Positions 17,862 through 26,560 of a stretch of DNA of 46,585 nt are shown here, one piece after another. Source of the DNA: a virus (taxonomy: Duplodnaviria > Caudoviricetes). Where the stretch lies: positions 1 through 46,585 of the IMG/VR virus record IMGVR_UViG_3300032305_001431. One strand, given 5' to 3'. Position 1 is the stretch's first letter. Each line of letters opens with the position of its first letter. The notes beneath the pieces were generated by a model. That model was not told the origin of the DNA and did not search any database. It worked only from the letters and a program-made list of their open reading frames with translations. Position numbers and translations under genes: made by a program.

Positions 17862-19186
17862 TTCAATGCTTCCATTAATGCATCTTGAATCGTTATTTTG
17901 TTATCTAATACTTTCATAACCTGTTCGTCTACCGATTTCTCGACACAGAGGTGATGAATAATGACTGGTTTCTCTTGCCCTTGGCGGTAGATCCTTGCGT
18001 TGGCTTGGATATAGTTTTCACTAGACCAGGGGAGATCGTACCAAACAGTCTGCGCTGTTTCACCCGCATTGCATTGGAGGTTAATACCAATTCCTCCCGA
18101 CTGTGGGTGTGCAAGCAAGACTCTAATTTTACCATCTCGCCACGCTTGAATGTTGGAATCAGTAAGCACAACGGCCTCTGGAAACGCATTCCGAATTCGT
18201 TCCAACGAATGTTTGAAGTGATAAAATACCAAGGTCGGGGAAGAAGTCTCTTCCAAGATCGACTCGAGGCATTCCAACTTAGCCGTATGCACTTCTTGCC
18301 AACTCCCGTCCTCTGCATAAACTGCGCCACTTGTGAACTGTAATAGTTTTCCCGTGAGCGTTGCTGCGGTGGATGCGGTGACTGTCTGTCCCTTGATTTC
18401 TGTAACCATATCTTTCTTGAGCGCATCATATTTGTAACGTATTTGTTCCGTTATCCCCACTTTATGTAACGTATATGTTACCGTAGGCAGTTCCAAATAA
18501 TCTTTGGCTTTCAGACTAAAACAGATATCTGAGATTGTTTCTGTGATTATTTGATCTGCTCCTTTATTTAATTCCCAATTATAAATTACACCGGTATGCG
18601 GATTTCTTTTGCCTGGGCGCATATACTTCGTTCTAAACTTAGTAAGGCTGGTTTCCAGCCTTTGCCCCATGTCTAGTATTCCAACTTGGCTCCAGAGATC
18701 CGCATACCCTTGCGGTGTTGGTGTTCCCGTCATAATGATACGACGATTAAAACTTTTTAAATGTTTTTTCAACTCTTTAAATCGCTTGGTGCTTGAATCT
18801 TTAAATCTACTTGACTCATCAATCACGAGGTTTTGAAATTTTATAGAGGGTTGATTTAATAGCCAAATCAAGTTCTCGAGATTTACGACGTACACGCTCG
18901 AAGAACTCTTGATAGCTGCTAACCGTTGACTTGGTGTGCCCAATATCTTTGCTATCTTTAGGTGTTTTAGGTGTTCCCATTTCTGTGTTTCTTCTTGCCA
19001 TACTGTCTCCGCTACTCGTTTAGGTGCAATTACTAAAGTCGTTCCCTTAAATTGTTCTGCAATAATCGTCAATGTGGTTGCCGTTTTACCAAGACCCGGT
19101 TCAAGAAATAGTCCCATGCTAGGCACAGACTTGGCTTTCTCAATGATGTCTTTTTGATAATTGTGTAGGTTTTTTCTTAATAGCAT
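17858..19186 (-). CDS. SNF2-family helicase
   Basis: LHNYQ, EPGLGKT, VIAPKRVA, IDESS, TGTP, HPQSGGIGINLQ, QANARIYRQGQ. Confidence 0.93.
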   Translation of the reverse strand: MLLRKNLHNYQKDIIEKAKSVPSMGLFLEPGLGKTATTLTIIAEQFKGTTLVIAPKRVAETVWQEETQKWEHLKHLKIAKILGTPSQRLAAIKSSSSVYVVNLENLIWLLNQPSIKFQNLVIDESSRFKDSSTKRFKELKKHLKSFNRRIIMTGTPTPQGYADLWSQVGILDMGQRLETSLTKFRTKYMRPGKRNPHTGVIYNWELNKGADQIITETISDICFSLKAKDYLELPTVTYTLHKVGITEQIRYKYDALKKDMVTEIKGQTVTASTAATLTGKLLQFTSGAVYAEDGSWQEVHTAKLECLESILEETSSPTLVFYHFKHSLERIRNAFPEAVVLTDSNIQAWRDGKIRVLLAHPQSGGIGINLQCNAGETAQTVWYDLPWSSENYIQANARIYRQGQEKPVIIHHLCVEKSVDEQVMKVLDNKITIQDALMEALK

Positions 19187-19574
19187 TTAATACTTCTTTT
19201 GTTCGTTCGTGTAACCAATCTGCCACATCATACAGTTCTCTTTCTGTTGCATCGTTTTTAATCAAATTGGCTCGATTAGAAATAAAAACCACATTGTGTT
19301 TAATATAACCCAACTCTGGAATAATGCGATCCAATGATGGACATTCAGATATTTTCTTTCTTCCGTTATACCTTCCCCAAACAAATTTTGTTTTAAAGAT
19401 AGGGCATTCGTTTGTAGTAATTGATTCCAAATAATCTAAATCCAAATCAAAATCTAATTTTTTCTTTTTGGCTCTTGCCTTTGCGTTTGCTAATAACTTA
19501 CCAACATGGCCACGCTTTGTTTTAACATATGCCTCAACATTTATTCTATTCTTTAATATTTTTGATGAAGTCAT
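19140..19574 (-). CDS. HNH-like endonuclease
   Basis: AKARAKKK.LDFDL, ECPIF, PSLDRIIPELGY..HNVVFISNRAN..KND. Confidence 0.65.
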   Translation of the reverse strand: MTSSKILKNRINVEAYVKTKRGHVGKLLANAKARAKKKKLDFDLDLDYLESITTNECPIFKTKFVWGRYNGRKKISECPSLDRIIPELGYIKHNVVFISNRANLIKNDATERELYDVADWLHERTKEVLNAIKKKPTQLSKRHH

Positions 19575-19824
19575 CGATATCCTCTTTTGATCGTAATATG
19601 TGAACTGGAAATCCAGCCTCACCTAATTCATCAAATATCAGTATCTGTCTTGGGCTTAGTTTCCCCTCCGCTGTCTTTAGTTCTACTAGAAATATCTTTT
19701 GGTTTAAGATCACGATTCGATCTGGCACCCCCGTTATTGAACTCAACCATTTGTAACAAAGCCCCGATGATTTCTTGATTGACTTTGTCAGATACGCCTC
19801 GATTTCCTTTTCCAGCACAGACAT
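19546..19824 (-). CDS. VRR-NUC domain nuclease
   Basis: EKEIE, GVPDRIV, VELKT..GKLSPRQ. Confidence 0.9.
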   Translation of the reverse strand: MSVLEKEIEAYLTKSIKKSSGLCYKWLSSITGVPDRIVILNQKIFLVELKTAEGKLSPRQILIFDELGEAGFPVHILRSKEDIDDFIKNIKE

Positions 19825-20206
19825 AGTTTTTTATGCCTTCCATAATGTGATTAAAAATAAACTCGGTTAAATATGCTCGGGTTTCTTCCCCCGGCGTTTC
19901 TTCACCAACTAAATCAAACACCCGTTGAGCTGCGTGGGTTGACTCGTGGCACACAGTCGATGCCAGATAGAAATCATTATTGGGATCAATCATCTGTTCT
20001 AAATCCAAAATGACAATGATCATAGGATGTTTTACATCGGTGATGTAATGTGTTTCAGCGACATTCTCATGATCTAACGCAACCACTTTTTGAAAAATGT
20101 TGTTGTCTTTTAGAATGTTCCTAAAATCTTTTTCAGTAAAGCACAACTTTAAATCCGCAGCGGGAAATAGTGGTACTTCTATCTTATAGTATGGTGGTTT
20201 TTTCAT
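19631..20206 (-). CDS. Zn-metallopeptidase-like protein
   Basis: CHESTHAA (HExxH) with downstream EETRAYL. 3' end overlaps VRR-NUC. Confidence 0.65.
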   Translation of the reverse strand: MKKPPYYKIEVPLFPAADLKLCFTEKDFRNILKDNNIFQKVVALDHENVAETHYITDVKHPMIIVILDLEQMIDPNNDFYLASTVCHESTHAAQRVFDLVGEETPGEETRAYLTEFIFNHIMEGIKNYVCAGKGNRGVSDKVNQEIIGALLQMVEFNNGGARSNRDLKPKDISSRTKDSGGETKPKTDTDI

Positions 20207-20280
20207 TTAAAGCCACCACTCAAAAATACAATCAATATGATGCCAATTAATGTTAAGCCGATCATTTCAATTTTGCTCAT
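20203..20280 (-). CDS. 25-aa hydrophobic peptide (not in ORF track)
   Basis: MSKIEMIGLTLIGIILIVFLSGGFK, coupled by TAATG and ATGA overlaps. Confidence 0.5.
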   Translation of the reverse strand: MSKIEMIGLTLIGIILIVFLSGGFK

Positions 20281-22589
20281 TAGAAAATCTCCTCTTCATC
20301 AAATAGAGTTTGTTTGTCAATAAATGCTTGTGCCTTCTCTGTTAATCTAACGCCAGTGTATTTGTGTTGTCTCTTACCATCGATACGAATTGCCGATGCA
20401 GTGACTCCCTTGTCTTGTGTGGCTGCAAGGAATCGTCTCTTGAACGACAGATCATTGCCTGGGTTTAATCCATGTTTGACTGCCCACCGCTTAAAGCACA
20501 AGAATACATGATCTTTATCTACTTCACTCATGGCATCGTACTCTAACACTTGATCAACGAATGATCCGATTGGATTAGACATCTCTTCCATGGTTTCAAG
20601 CAGTTCTTTGCCTGTCGTGGGTTGTACAAAATAACCACCACGCTCAACCCGTCTGCGTAACCCAGCCATCGCCCAGTTAAAAATGCCCGACAACTCTTTC
20701 ATTAGTTTGCTGCTCAGTGCCGTATCCTCTTTGCCATAGAATGATTTGCTCATCTTTAGCACCACCATACGGCCAGTCAACGCATTACTGGATTCTGATA
20801 ATTGCAACACCTCGTTAGAATAAATTACGATTCTGGTCGGGAGGTATCCGTTCCACGAGTCTTTGTTTTTCCGATTGACAGTAACCGTATCACCGCCCAC
20901 GATCCGCAACAACTGAGAAACAACAGCACCTCGATCTCTGTCAGGCGCTCTCGCATCAGTAAAAGAAGCGAGGAGCTTACCAAGCCAAGGTTGGAGACCA
21001 AACGTATCACATAACTCTCCTAACTCTGGTGCTACAGTATTGTGTTGTCCTAACAATTCAACCAGCACCTTGTTGATTGTTCCCTTACCCGATCTACGGG
21101 GACCAATGATGTTAAAGAATTTCTGTTGACTTGTATCGCCTGATAAGACATAACCAAATATCTCTTGAAGACAATCGATTGATTCTTGGTCGTGTTCCCA
21201 TAAATCATTTAAAAAGGTTTCCCATAACGGGCACTTGGCATTTGGATCGTATGGAAATGGCAAACTGTTCTGTGTAAAGAAACCCAACGAGTGTGGCAGT
21301 AACACATTGTCTTCCAAGTGAAACAAACCATTTTCTAAACTAACCAGTTTGTTTGCCTCTGGCCTATTGGCACTATATCCTTGCAACCATACTGGCGGTC
21401 TTGTGTTGGCGTGATTGGGTAAGTGCACTAGGGCTTTGATTGCATCCATAGCACCGCTTACGCTTGCCGGGTTAGGTGAGAACGGCACGATGTTGCCCTT
21501 CTTATCTTGGCGTTTGCACTTATCTAAGAACTTATACACTTCGGAGCGAACTGTGCCGTCTTCTATTTCAGCATAGTGTGTGCCGCGATACGAATAGAAA
21601 TCATTCACATAATGCACCAACTTAATTCCCTCTTCTGAAGAAAACTTAGTGTCTAGAAATGTCTGAGCGTTCTCCATGGGTGCTAAAGAGAGAATGACAT
21701 CCCCCTTTGCCAATGCCTCGGTTCTATTGTTATACGACAGTTTAAAGATCAGCGTGCGTAGTGTTGCACCGCCACCCTTCTTGCTAAATGTCTTCCATTT
21801 TGATTCACAGGCATTGCTTGAATAACTGGAGACACTGCCGTCCCCGTATGACCAGCGATCCCATGCCTCACACGCCTCAAGATCACCTTGGAACTGGTGG
21901 TGTAAACACATACCGATCTGTAACCAATCGGTGTATCCGCAGTTTGGATCGAACTGTGGCAACAATTCTGATTCTACTTTTGCGAGATCCCAGCCATCGA
22001 GCGGTGGGTTGTAATCGGCAAACGCATCACCCGATGCCCGAACTGTACGCTCTGGAATAAGGTGGGTAAGATCTTGCATGGTGGTGGGTAGATCACCACT
22101 TAACTTGTGTCCCGTAACAGTAAAGTATCTGCCCTTGGGGTAGATCTCTAAACCCTTGTCGTGATCAACGTGAGCACCTTGCAGATCCGCTATGGTAAAT
22201 ATCTTTACCCCCGTGCCTGACGGGCTGATCTCTTTGTAGCCTTCAATTTTGTTGAATATGTCACACAATTCTTGGTTGGTAAATTCGTTGACGGCATCAT
22301 CGTAGCAGTCGTCCAAGTCCACCCCAATGATGTGATCGTCCGCAGTAAACACAAAGCCCACGCCATCAAATAGTCCGGTAAGGTAGGCTTTCTCAACGCT
22401 TAGAAAGTCTGTCCATGTATCGGGGTTGGTTGAACTGGCAGCCTTGCCCGATGGCTGGACGGGTAGTTTTGACCACCGCTGTGTATCGCCCTCACCAATG
22501 AGGACATAGTTCCACAATGTCCATCGTGGCACTGAGCGAAGACTTAGGGGTATGTTTTGGAATAGTACTGGTAATGCTTTCGGTTTCAT
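20280..22589 (-). CDS. Primase-polymerase/PriCT-2/D5-like SF3 helicase
   Basis: GVDLDDC, EISPSGTGVKI, YTDWLQIGMCLHH, GPRRSGKGT Walker A, C-terminal winged-helix-like region. Confidence 0.92.
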   Translation of the reverse strand: MKPKALPVLFQNIPLSLRSVPRWTLWNYVLIGEGDTQRWSKLPVQPSGKAASSTNPDTWTDFLSVEKAYLTGLFDGVGFVFTADDHIIGVDLDDCYDDAVNEFTNQELCDIFNKIEGYKEISPSGTGVKIFTIADLQGAHVDHDKGLEIYPKGRYFTVTGHKLSGDLPTTMQDLTHLIPERTVRASGDAFADYNPPLDGWDLAKVESELLPQFDPNCGYTDWLQIGMCLHHQFQGDLEACEAWDRWSYGDGSVSSYSSNACESKWKTFSKKGGGATLRTLIFKLSYNNRTEALAKGDVILSLAPMENAQTFLDTKFSSEEGIKLVHYVNDFYSYRGTHYAEIEDGTVRSEVYKFLDKCKRQDKKGNIVPFSPNPASVSGAMDAIKALVHLPNHANTRPPVWLQGYSANRPEANKLVSLENGLFHLEDNVLLPHSLGFFTQNSLPFPYDPNAKCPLWETFLNDLWEHDQESIDCLQEIFGYVLSGDTSQQKFFNIIGPRRSGKGTINKVLVELLGQHNTVAPELGELCDTFGLQPWLGKLLASFTDARAPDRDRGAVVSQLLRIVGGDTVTVNRKNKDSWNGYLPTRIVIYSNEVLQLSESSNALTGRMVVLKMSKSFYGKEDTALSSKLMKELSGIFNWAMAGLRRRVERGGYFVQPTTGKELLETMEEMSNPIGSFVDQVLEYDAMSEVDKDHVFLCFKRWAVKHGLNPGNDLSFKRRFLAATQDKGVTASAIRIDGKRQHKYTGVRLTEKAQAFIDKQTLFDEEEIF

Positions 22590-22607
22590 CTGTTTTCCTT
22601 TGCTCTT

Positions 22608-22619
22608 CTACTTATGCAA
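22608..22619 (-). promoter_or_regulatory. Phage promoter core TTGCATAAGTAG for primase-helicase
   Basis: Exact 12-mer 18 nt upstream of the ATG. Confidence 0.75.
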
Positions 22620-22685
22620 ATTTTGCCCTACTTTTTTAATTTTCTTTATATCTTTTAGTAATAAGTATATAACTAAAAGTAATCA

Positions 22686-22917
22686 TTATCCACAGTATCC
22701 ACAGTAGCCATTTTCTAAAAAGTCATATTGCGGCGCACCATTTTTGCTAAAAACCACTATAGGTAGTAGTTCCAAGGGTGTTTACCTACTGCAAATCCAT
22801 AGTATCCATAGTATCCATAGTATTTCTGAATTATTTTATTTTTATTTTAATACTAAGAATAGAGCTAGGGGTAAAGTGCAAAATTACTGTGGATACTGTG
22901 GATACTGCGGCGCACCA
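22686..22917. other. Putative replication origin A
   Basis: Tandem 9-bp TATCCAYAG iterons (22795-22823), AT-rich core, inverted iterons (22885-22910). Perfect DnaA box TTATCCACA at 22686-22694. Confidence 0.7.
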
Positions 22918-23015
22918 TTTTGTACGAAAAGGCAGCATTTTGTCCATAATACGCAACAAACGGGCTTTAGAGGCATTATTTTGACTGTTATGAAGGGTAG
23001 GCCTCACCCACCATG

Positions 23016-23040
23016 AAAAAACGCCCCACAGGGCGTTTTA
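23016..23040 (-). terminator. Intrinsic terminator (possibly bidirectional)
   Basis: AAAACGCCC-tgtg-GGGCGTTTTTT. Confidence 0.75.
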
Positions 23041-23229
23041 GCAAGGCTCATGATCATGTGATCGTATTTGTCGGTTTACCCATTTTCTAAACTCAATTCG
23101 ATTGTCGTGGGTTTGCTCATCCCTATCATCCCAGATAGCATCAAACAAATGCTCGTCATTTTCCAAAGTAACCTCAATCTTAGTAAGGTTACCCTCTTTA
23201 TCAAAAATCTCTACTTGTCGTGCTTTCAT
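23038..23229 (-). CDS. Hypothetical protein
   Basis: 63 aa, ATGA overlap. Confidence 0.65.
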   Translation of the reverse strand: MKARQVEIFDKEGNLTKIEVTLENDEHLFDAIWDDRDEQTHDNRIEFRKWVNRQIRSHDHEPC

Positions 23230-23360
23230 TTAATCTTTTCTTTCATGGCTTTTAATTTATATAAAGGAAACATGCCCTTCTGTAGGGAAGGATCTAACTT
23301 TAGGTATTCTTTATGGCTGAACCAAGTCCCCAAACTATCCATCCAAATATAAGGCGTCAT
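23226..23360 (-). CDS. 44-aa hypothetical protein (not in ORF track)
   Basis: MTPYIWMDSLGTWFSHKEYL..., ATGA overlaps at both ends. Confidence 0.6.
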   Translation of the reverse strand: MTPYIWMDSLGTWFSHKEYLKLDPSLQKGMFPLYKLKAMKEKIK

Positions 23361-23587
23361 TTTATTCCATGTGCCTTTTCTATTGCTCTAGCAAACGCCA
23401 TGATGTCGCCTTCCGTTTGCATTCTAATTCCAATAATCTCTTGATCTGTAAGGGGTTTTGACTTGTAGATTCCGCATAAAAATGGCTTTGGCTCCGTGAC
23501 TACGGCGTCCTCGTAACCTGGTTGGTACGGCGCCTCTGCTACATAATTTGGCTTATTGCCAGTATATGTTTTTACTGGTTTATTCAT
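23357..23587 (-). CDS. Hypothetical protein (LTD.EI...FARAI family)
   Basis: KPLTDQEI...FARAIEKAHGIK. Confidence 0.7.
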   Translation of the reverse strand: MNKPVKTYTGNKPNYVAEAPYQPGYEDAVVTEPKPFLCGIYKSKPLTDQEIIGIRMQTEGDIMAFARAIEKAHGIK

Positions 23588-23799
23588 TTCTCACTCGCTT
23601 TCTTTAGTATTGCTCTAGCAAATTCTAAGTATCCAAATCTTTCACCGCTTAAAGTCATGTGAATATGCTTCGCAACTATTTCTTTTACTTCTTCATCTGT
23701 TAAATCTTTTATTTGTGGTGAACAAGTATGAATAGAATCCCCTGTAACCCTTTTGCCACAATCTAAACACGCAGTCCACACTACTGGTTCATTGTTCAT
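23584..23799 (-). CDS. Hypothetical protein (CxxC..HxC plus LTD.EV...FARAI)
   Basis: CLDCG...HTC, LTDEEV...FARAILKKA. Confidence 0.7.
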   Translation of the reverse strand: MNNEPVVWTACLDCGKRVTGDSIHTCSPQIKDLTDEEVKEIVAKHIHMTLSGERFGYLEFARAILKKASEK

Positions 23800-24003
23800 T
23801 TATTTCTTTCGTCTTTTAATTTCTCGGTTTATGTACCATACTGCCTTCTCTAGATCCTCTATGGCATCGTCCTTTAGATCAGCACGCCACACATACTTAA
23901 TTGCGTTACCTAAACAAAACCCCATGTGTTCAGTAATTTGAATGCAATCGATGCCGCTGGGGTGTGATGTGTAATGCTTTGGGTTGTTGACATTGTCGTT
24001 CAT
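23800..24003 (-). CDS. DUF3310 (SaV/T7 gp1.7-like) protein
   Basis: DNVNNPKHY, FCLGNAIKYVWRA, EDLEKAVWY. Confidence 0.88.
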   Translation of the reverse strand: MNDNVNNPKHYTSHPSGIDCIQITEHMGFCLGNAIKYVWRADLKDDAIEDLEKAVWYINREIKRRKK

Positions 24004-24173
24004 GGTTTAAGTCTTTCCCATATCTCTGCTAAGGGCATGGAGCGGATGTGCATCCACCCAAAGTATACGCAAGCAAACATGATAAACAAAAAGAAACCAA
24101 ACACGGCAGCAAAGATAATCACCGCAAATGCGGTGATTACCAAAACAAGTAAATTCATTATTGAGTAAATCAT
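24000..24173 (-). CDS. Small membrane protein
   Basis: Long hydrophobic stretch, TAATG coupling. Confidence 0.6.
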   Translation of the reverse strand: MIYSIMNLLVLVITAFAVIIFAAVFGFFLFIMFACVYFGWMHIRSMPLAEIWERLKP

Positions 24174-24382
24174 TATTTCATTGCCTCCACAATTCCTTGA
24201 TCTAGGCATCGTAACATACGCTCTAGAGTCTCTTTGAGATCTTCTACACTCTCACCACTCACACGAATACCATCTTGGGTGTGGGCATAGATCGTGCCAT
24301 CTTCGTTGTAATAGACTTCGCAAACCGCATACCAATCGTCACCATCTTCGGTAAACTTCACCACCCGATGATTCCAAGTCAT
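24173..24382 (-). CDS. Hypothetical protein
   Basis: MTWNHRVV...EVYYNEDG...GESVEDL pattern common in phages. Confidence 0.75.
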   Translation of the reverse strand: MTWNHRVVKFTEDGDDWYAVCEVYYNEDGTIYAHTQDGIRVSGESVEDLKETLERMLRCLDQGIVEAMK

Positions 24383-25863
24383 GATTGCACCATCTGAATG
24401 CGTTTGCCAATCCAGTTCATTACTGGCACGGCCATACTGTTACCCATCGCTTTGTAGCGTGGACCATCGGGACAGTCTTCGGCTGGCTTTTTACGCCACG
24501 GGATCATTGTGTGGTTATCGGGAAAGCCCTGTAACCGCTCACACTCAATCGGTGTGAGTCTGCGTACTGCCATGTTGCTCATCAATTTAGGTCCACTGGT
24601 GTTTGTGCCACCGCACGCTTTTGTCAAGGTTGCTGTTGTATTGCCATCGATGGCTTGGTTGTACACATCAACTGCATAGGCTGCCGCCACTTGGTTGTCA
24701 CCCATGTTACTGCGTATCGTTGGTGATAGATCCTCAACGAATCGATTGTCACCGCCTTCGCGCTGAGCAATTCCGGGTTCGAATGCAATTGCCACACCAT
24801 GCACATCGGTGTTATTCAATGTAAACGAAATGTCTTCATTCCACCCCATACCTTGGGAGTTTTGCGATGTCGCACCACCGCCTTGCAGCGTGTATGCTTT
24901 CATACCCACTTTTGGTAGGTTCATACCCACAAATGGTATGTTCCCACCCCCAGTGCCCCATGTCGATGTCACAGTCTGGCATACATCACCCATCTCTTTG
25001 ACACGACTATCCGATGGGTGGTTTTCATACACAATTAAACCACGCCCGTCTTCCAAATCTTGGTTGCCAATGCCTTTGTAATCTCTGGCTAGTAACGAGC
25101 CAACTGTATTACTGCGATCTGGTGCGGTTGCAACCAATGTATTGGTGGTGGGATCGTTTCTTCGTTTGGTTGAAACTGAGTGAGCGACTAAGGTTTCTGA
25201 TCCGCCTCCGAGATCTCCTCCAGCGGCTCGGATTGTTCCAACGCCTTCACCGTATCCTCCAAAGCTTGATGAAGTAAAGGCGGAAGTTTCTTGCCCCTTA
25301 CTTCGGCTCTTCTTAGGATTCCCGAGCAAGCTTTCTTGCTCAAAAAGAACCGCTGCGGCACTTCGCCAGTCTCCAAGACAGCCAACAACGAAGACTCGAC
25401 GGCGGCGCTGTGGAACTCCAAAGTGTTGAGCGTCGAGCACTCGGTAGGCGAACCCATACCCGAGTTCCCCCAACGCCCCGAGGAAGGAACCAAAATCCCG
25501 TCCTCCTTTTGAACTGAGGACACCTGGAACGTTTTCCCAAACGATCCACTTGGGTTTGAACTTGTCAGCAATTCCGAGATAGACGAGTGCCAAGTTACCG
25601 CGCGGGTCATCCATTCCTTTTCGGAGACCAGCGACTGAGAATGATTGGCATGGTGTTCCTCCAACGAGAAGGTCAATTGGTTCATTTAATTTCCACTCCT
25701 TATATTTAGTCATGTCACCAAGATTGGGGACATGGGGGTAATGATGAGCCAACACCGCCGATGGGAATGGCTCGATTTCAGAAAACGCAACGGGATTCCA
25801 GCCCAGCGAATGCCAAGCGACCGTTGCAGCCTCAACTCCACTACATACACTAAGATAGTTCAA
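24379..25863 (-). CDS. C5-cytosine DNA methyltransferase (alpha polypeptide)
   Basis: SVCSGVEA, GGTPCQSFS, WENVPG, PQRRRRVF, RRLTPIECERLQGFP, RYKAMGNS. Probable TTG start at 25863. Confidence 0.92.
   Translation of the reverse strand: MNYLSVCSGVEAATVAWHSLGWNPVAFSEIEPFPSAVLAHHYPHVPNLGDMTKYKEWKLNEPIDLLVGGTPCQSFSVAGLRKGMDDPRGNLALVYLGIADKFKPKWIVWENVPGVLSSKGGRDFGSFLGALGELGYGFAYRVLDAQHFGVPQRRRRVFVVGCLGDWRSAAAVLFEQESLLGNPKKSRSKGQETSAFTSSSFGGYGEGVGTIRAAGGDLGGGSETLVAHSVSTKRRNDPTTNTLVATAPDRSNTVGSLLARDYKGIGNQDLEDGRGLIVYENHPSDSRVKEMGDVCQTVTSTWGTGGGNIPFVGMNLPKVGMKAYTLQGGGATSQNSQGMGWNEDISFTLNNTDVHGVAIAFEPGIAQREGGDNRFVEDLSPTIRSNMGDNQVAAAYAVDVYNQAIDGNTTATLTKACGGTNTSGPKLMSNMAVRRLTPIECERLQGFPDNHTMIPWRKKPAEDCPDGPRYKAMGNSMAVPVMNWIGKRIQMVQS
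25188..25685 (-). CDS. Overprinted methyltransferase beta polypeptide (alternative frame)
   Basis: 165 aa inside the MTase gene with AAGGAG RBS. SSLLAVLETGEVPQRFFLSKKACSGILRRA..RGKKLP resembles M.EcoHK31I-type beta subunits. Confidence 0.7.
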   Translation of the reverse strand: MNQLTFSLEEHHANHSQSLVSEKEWMTRAVTWHSSISELLTSSNPSGSFGKTFQVSSVQKEDGILVPSSGRWGNSGMGSPTECSTLNTLEFHSAAVESSLLAVLETGEVPQRFFLSKKACSGILRRAEVRGKKLPPLLHQALEDTVKALEQSEPLEEISEADQKP

Positions 25864-26065
25864 CTTTTCTCCTTTTGAATAGTCGTTTGTACCACGGCAA
25901 ATCATTATAAACTTGATTGATGTGTTGTTTCAACAGGGATATCACTCCCGCTTCAACCAATCGCTCCCTTACATAATCACTCATGTTGATTTCTACATCA
26001 CAACTGCCATCATCATTTTCTTTTGTATGAGTAATCGTAAACTTAAAATCGTGTTCTTCTTTCAT
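25850..26065 (-). CDS. Hypothetical protein
   Basis: 71 aa, ATGA overlap. Confidence 0.7.
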   Translation of the reverse strand: MKEEHDFKFTITHTKENDDGSCDVEINMSDYVRERLVEAGVISLLKQHINQVYNDLPWYKRLFKRRKVELS

Positions 26066-26406
26066 TGTTGCCCCTTAAAGTACTGATCCAATGTTTCTAA
26101 TTCTACAGTAGTTTCTTCCCAATTGTCCTCACTACCATAGTCACCTCTGGTGGCTCGGAGTCGTTCCACATTGCGAAACTCTGGCTCAATTTCCCACCAA
26201 GCTGCGGATGCCTCTTTGTATTCTATCCAATCATCGTTTTCAATAAATAGTGGATGATTTAAACCAACAATATGCACACTGTCAAGGTAGTCACGATGCG
26301 GGATATATTTTTGGGCATAGTTTCGGGATGTCTTCACCAATTTGACCTTGTCCCTGGCTCTAATAAATCTATCGTATGCTTTTAACTGCTCTGGAGTTAA
26401 TTCCAT
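26062..26406 (-). CDS. Hypothetical protein
   Basis: 114 aa, AAGGA RBS. Confidence 0.7.
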   Translation of the reverse strand: MELTPEQLKAYDRFIRARDKVKLVKTSRNYAQKYIPHRDYLDSVHIVGLNHPLFIENDDWIEYKEASAAWWEIEPEFRNVERLRATRGDYGSEDNWEETTVELETLDQYFKGQQ

Positions 26407-26560
26407 GTGTCTTCCTTAAATGTTTTTCTAATGTACGACCGTAAGCGATTATGAATTCGCTTAGATCTAAAACCTTTTCACCATTCTTTTCTGAGATCAC
26501 TAGTCTTCTGTTTTTCTGTGGAATGTTTTCTACCATGTCTAAATAAAATTGTCTATTCAT
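26369..26560 (-). CDS. Hypothetical protein
   Basis: 63 aa in operon. Confidence 0.6.
   Translation of the reverse strand: MNRQFYLDMVENIPQKNRRLVISEKNGEKVLDLSEFIIAYGRTLEKHLRKTHGINSRAVKSIR

Noticed and set aside
22744-23016. ORFs with IHSIHSI / VDTVDT repeats (also 34527-34718)
   Set aside because: These are translations of the 9-bp iterons, with no RBS or operon context
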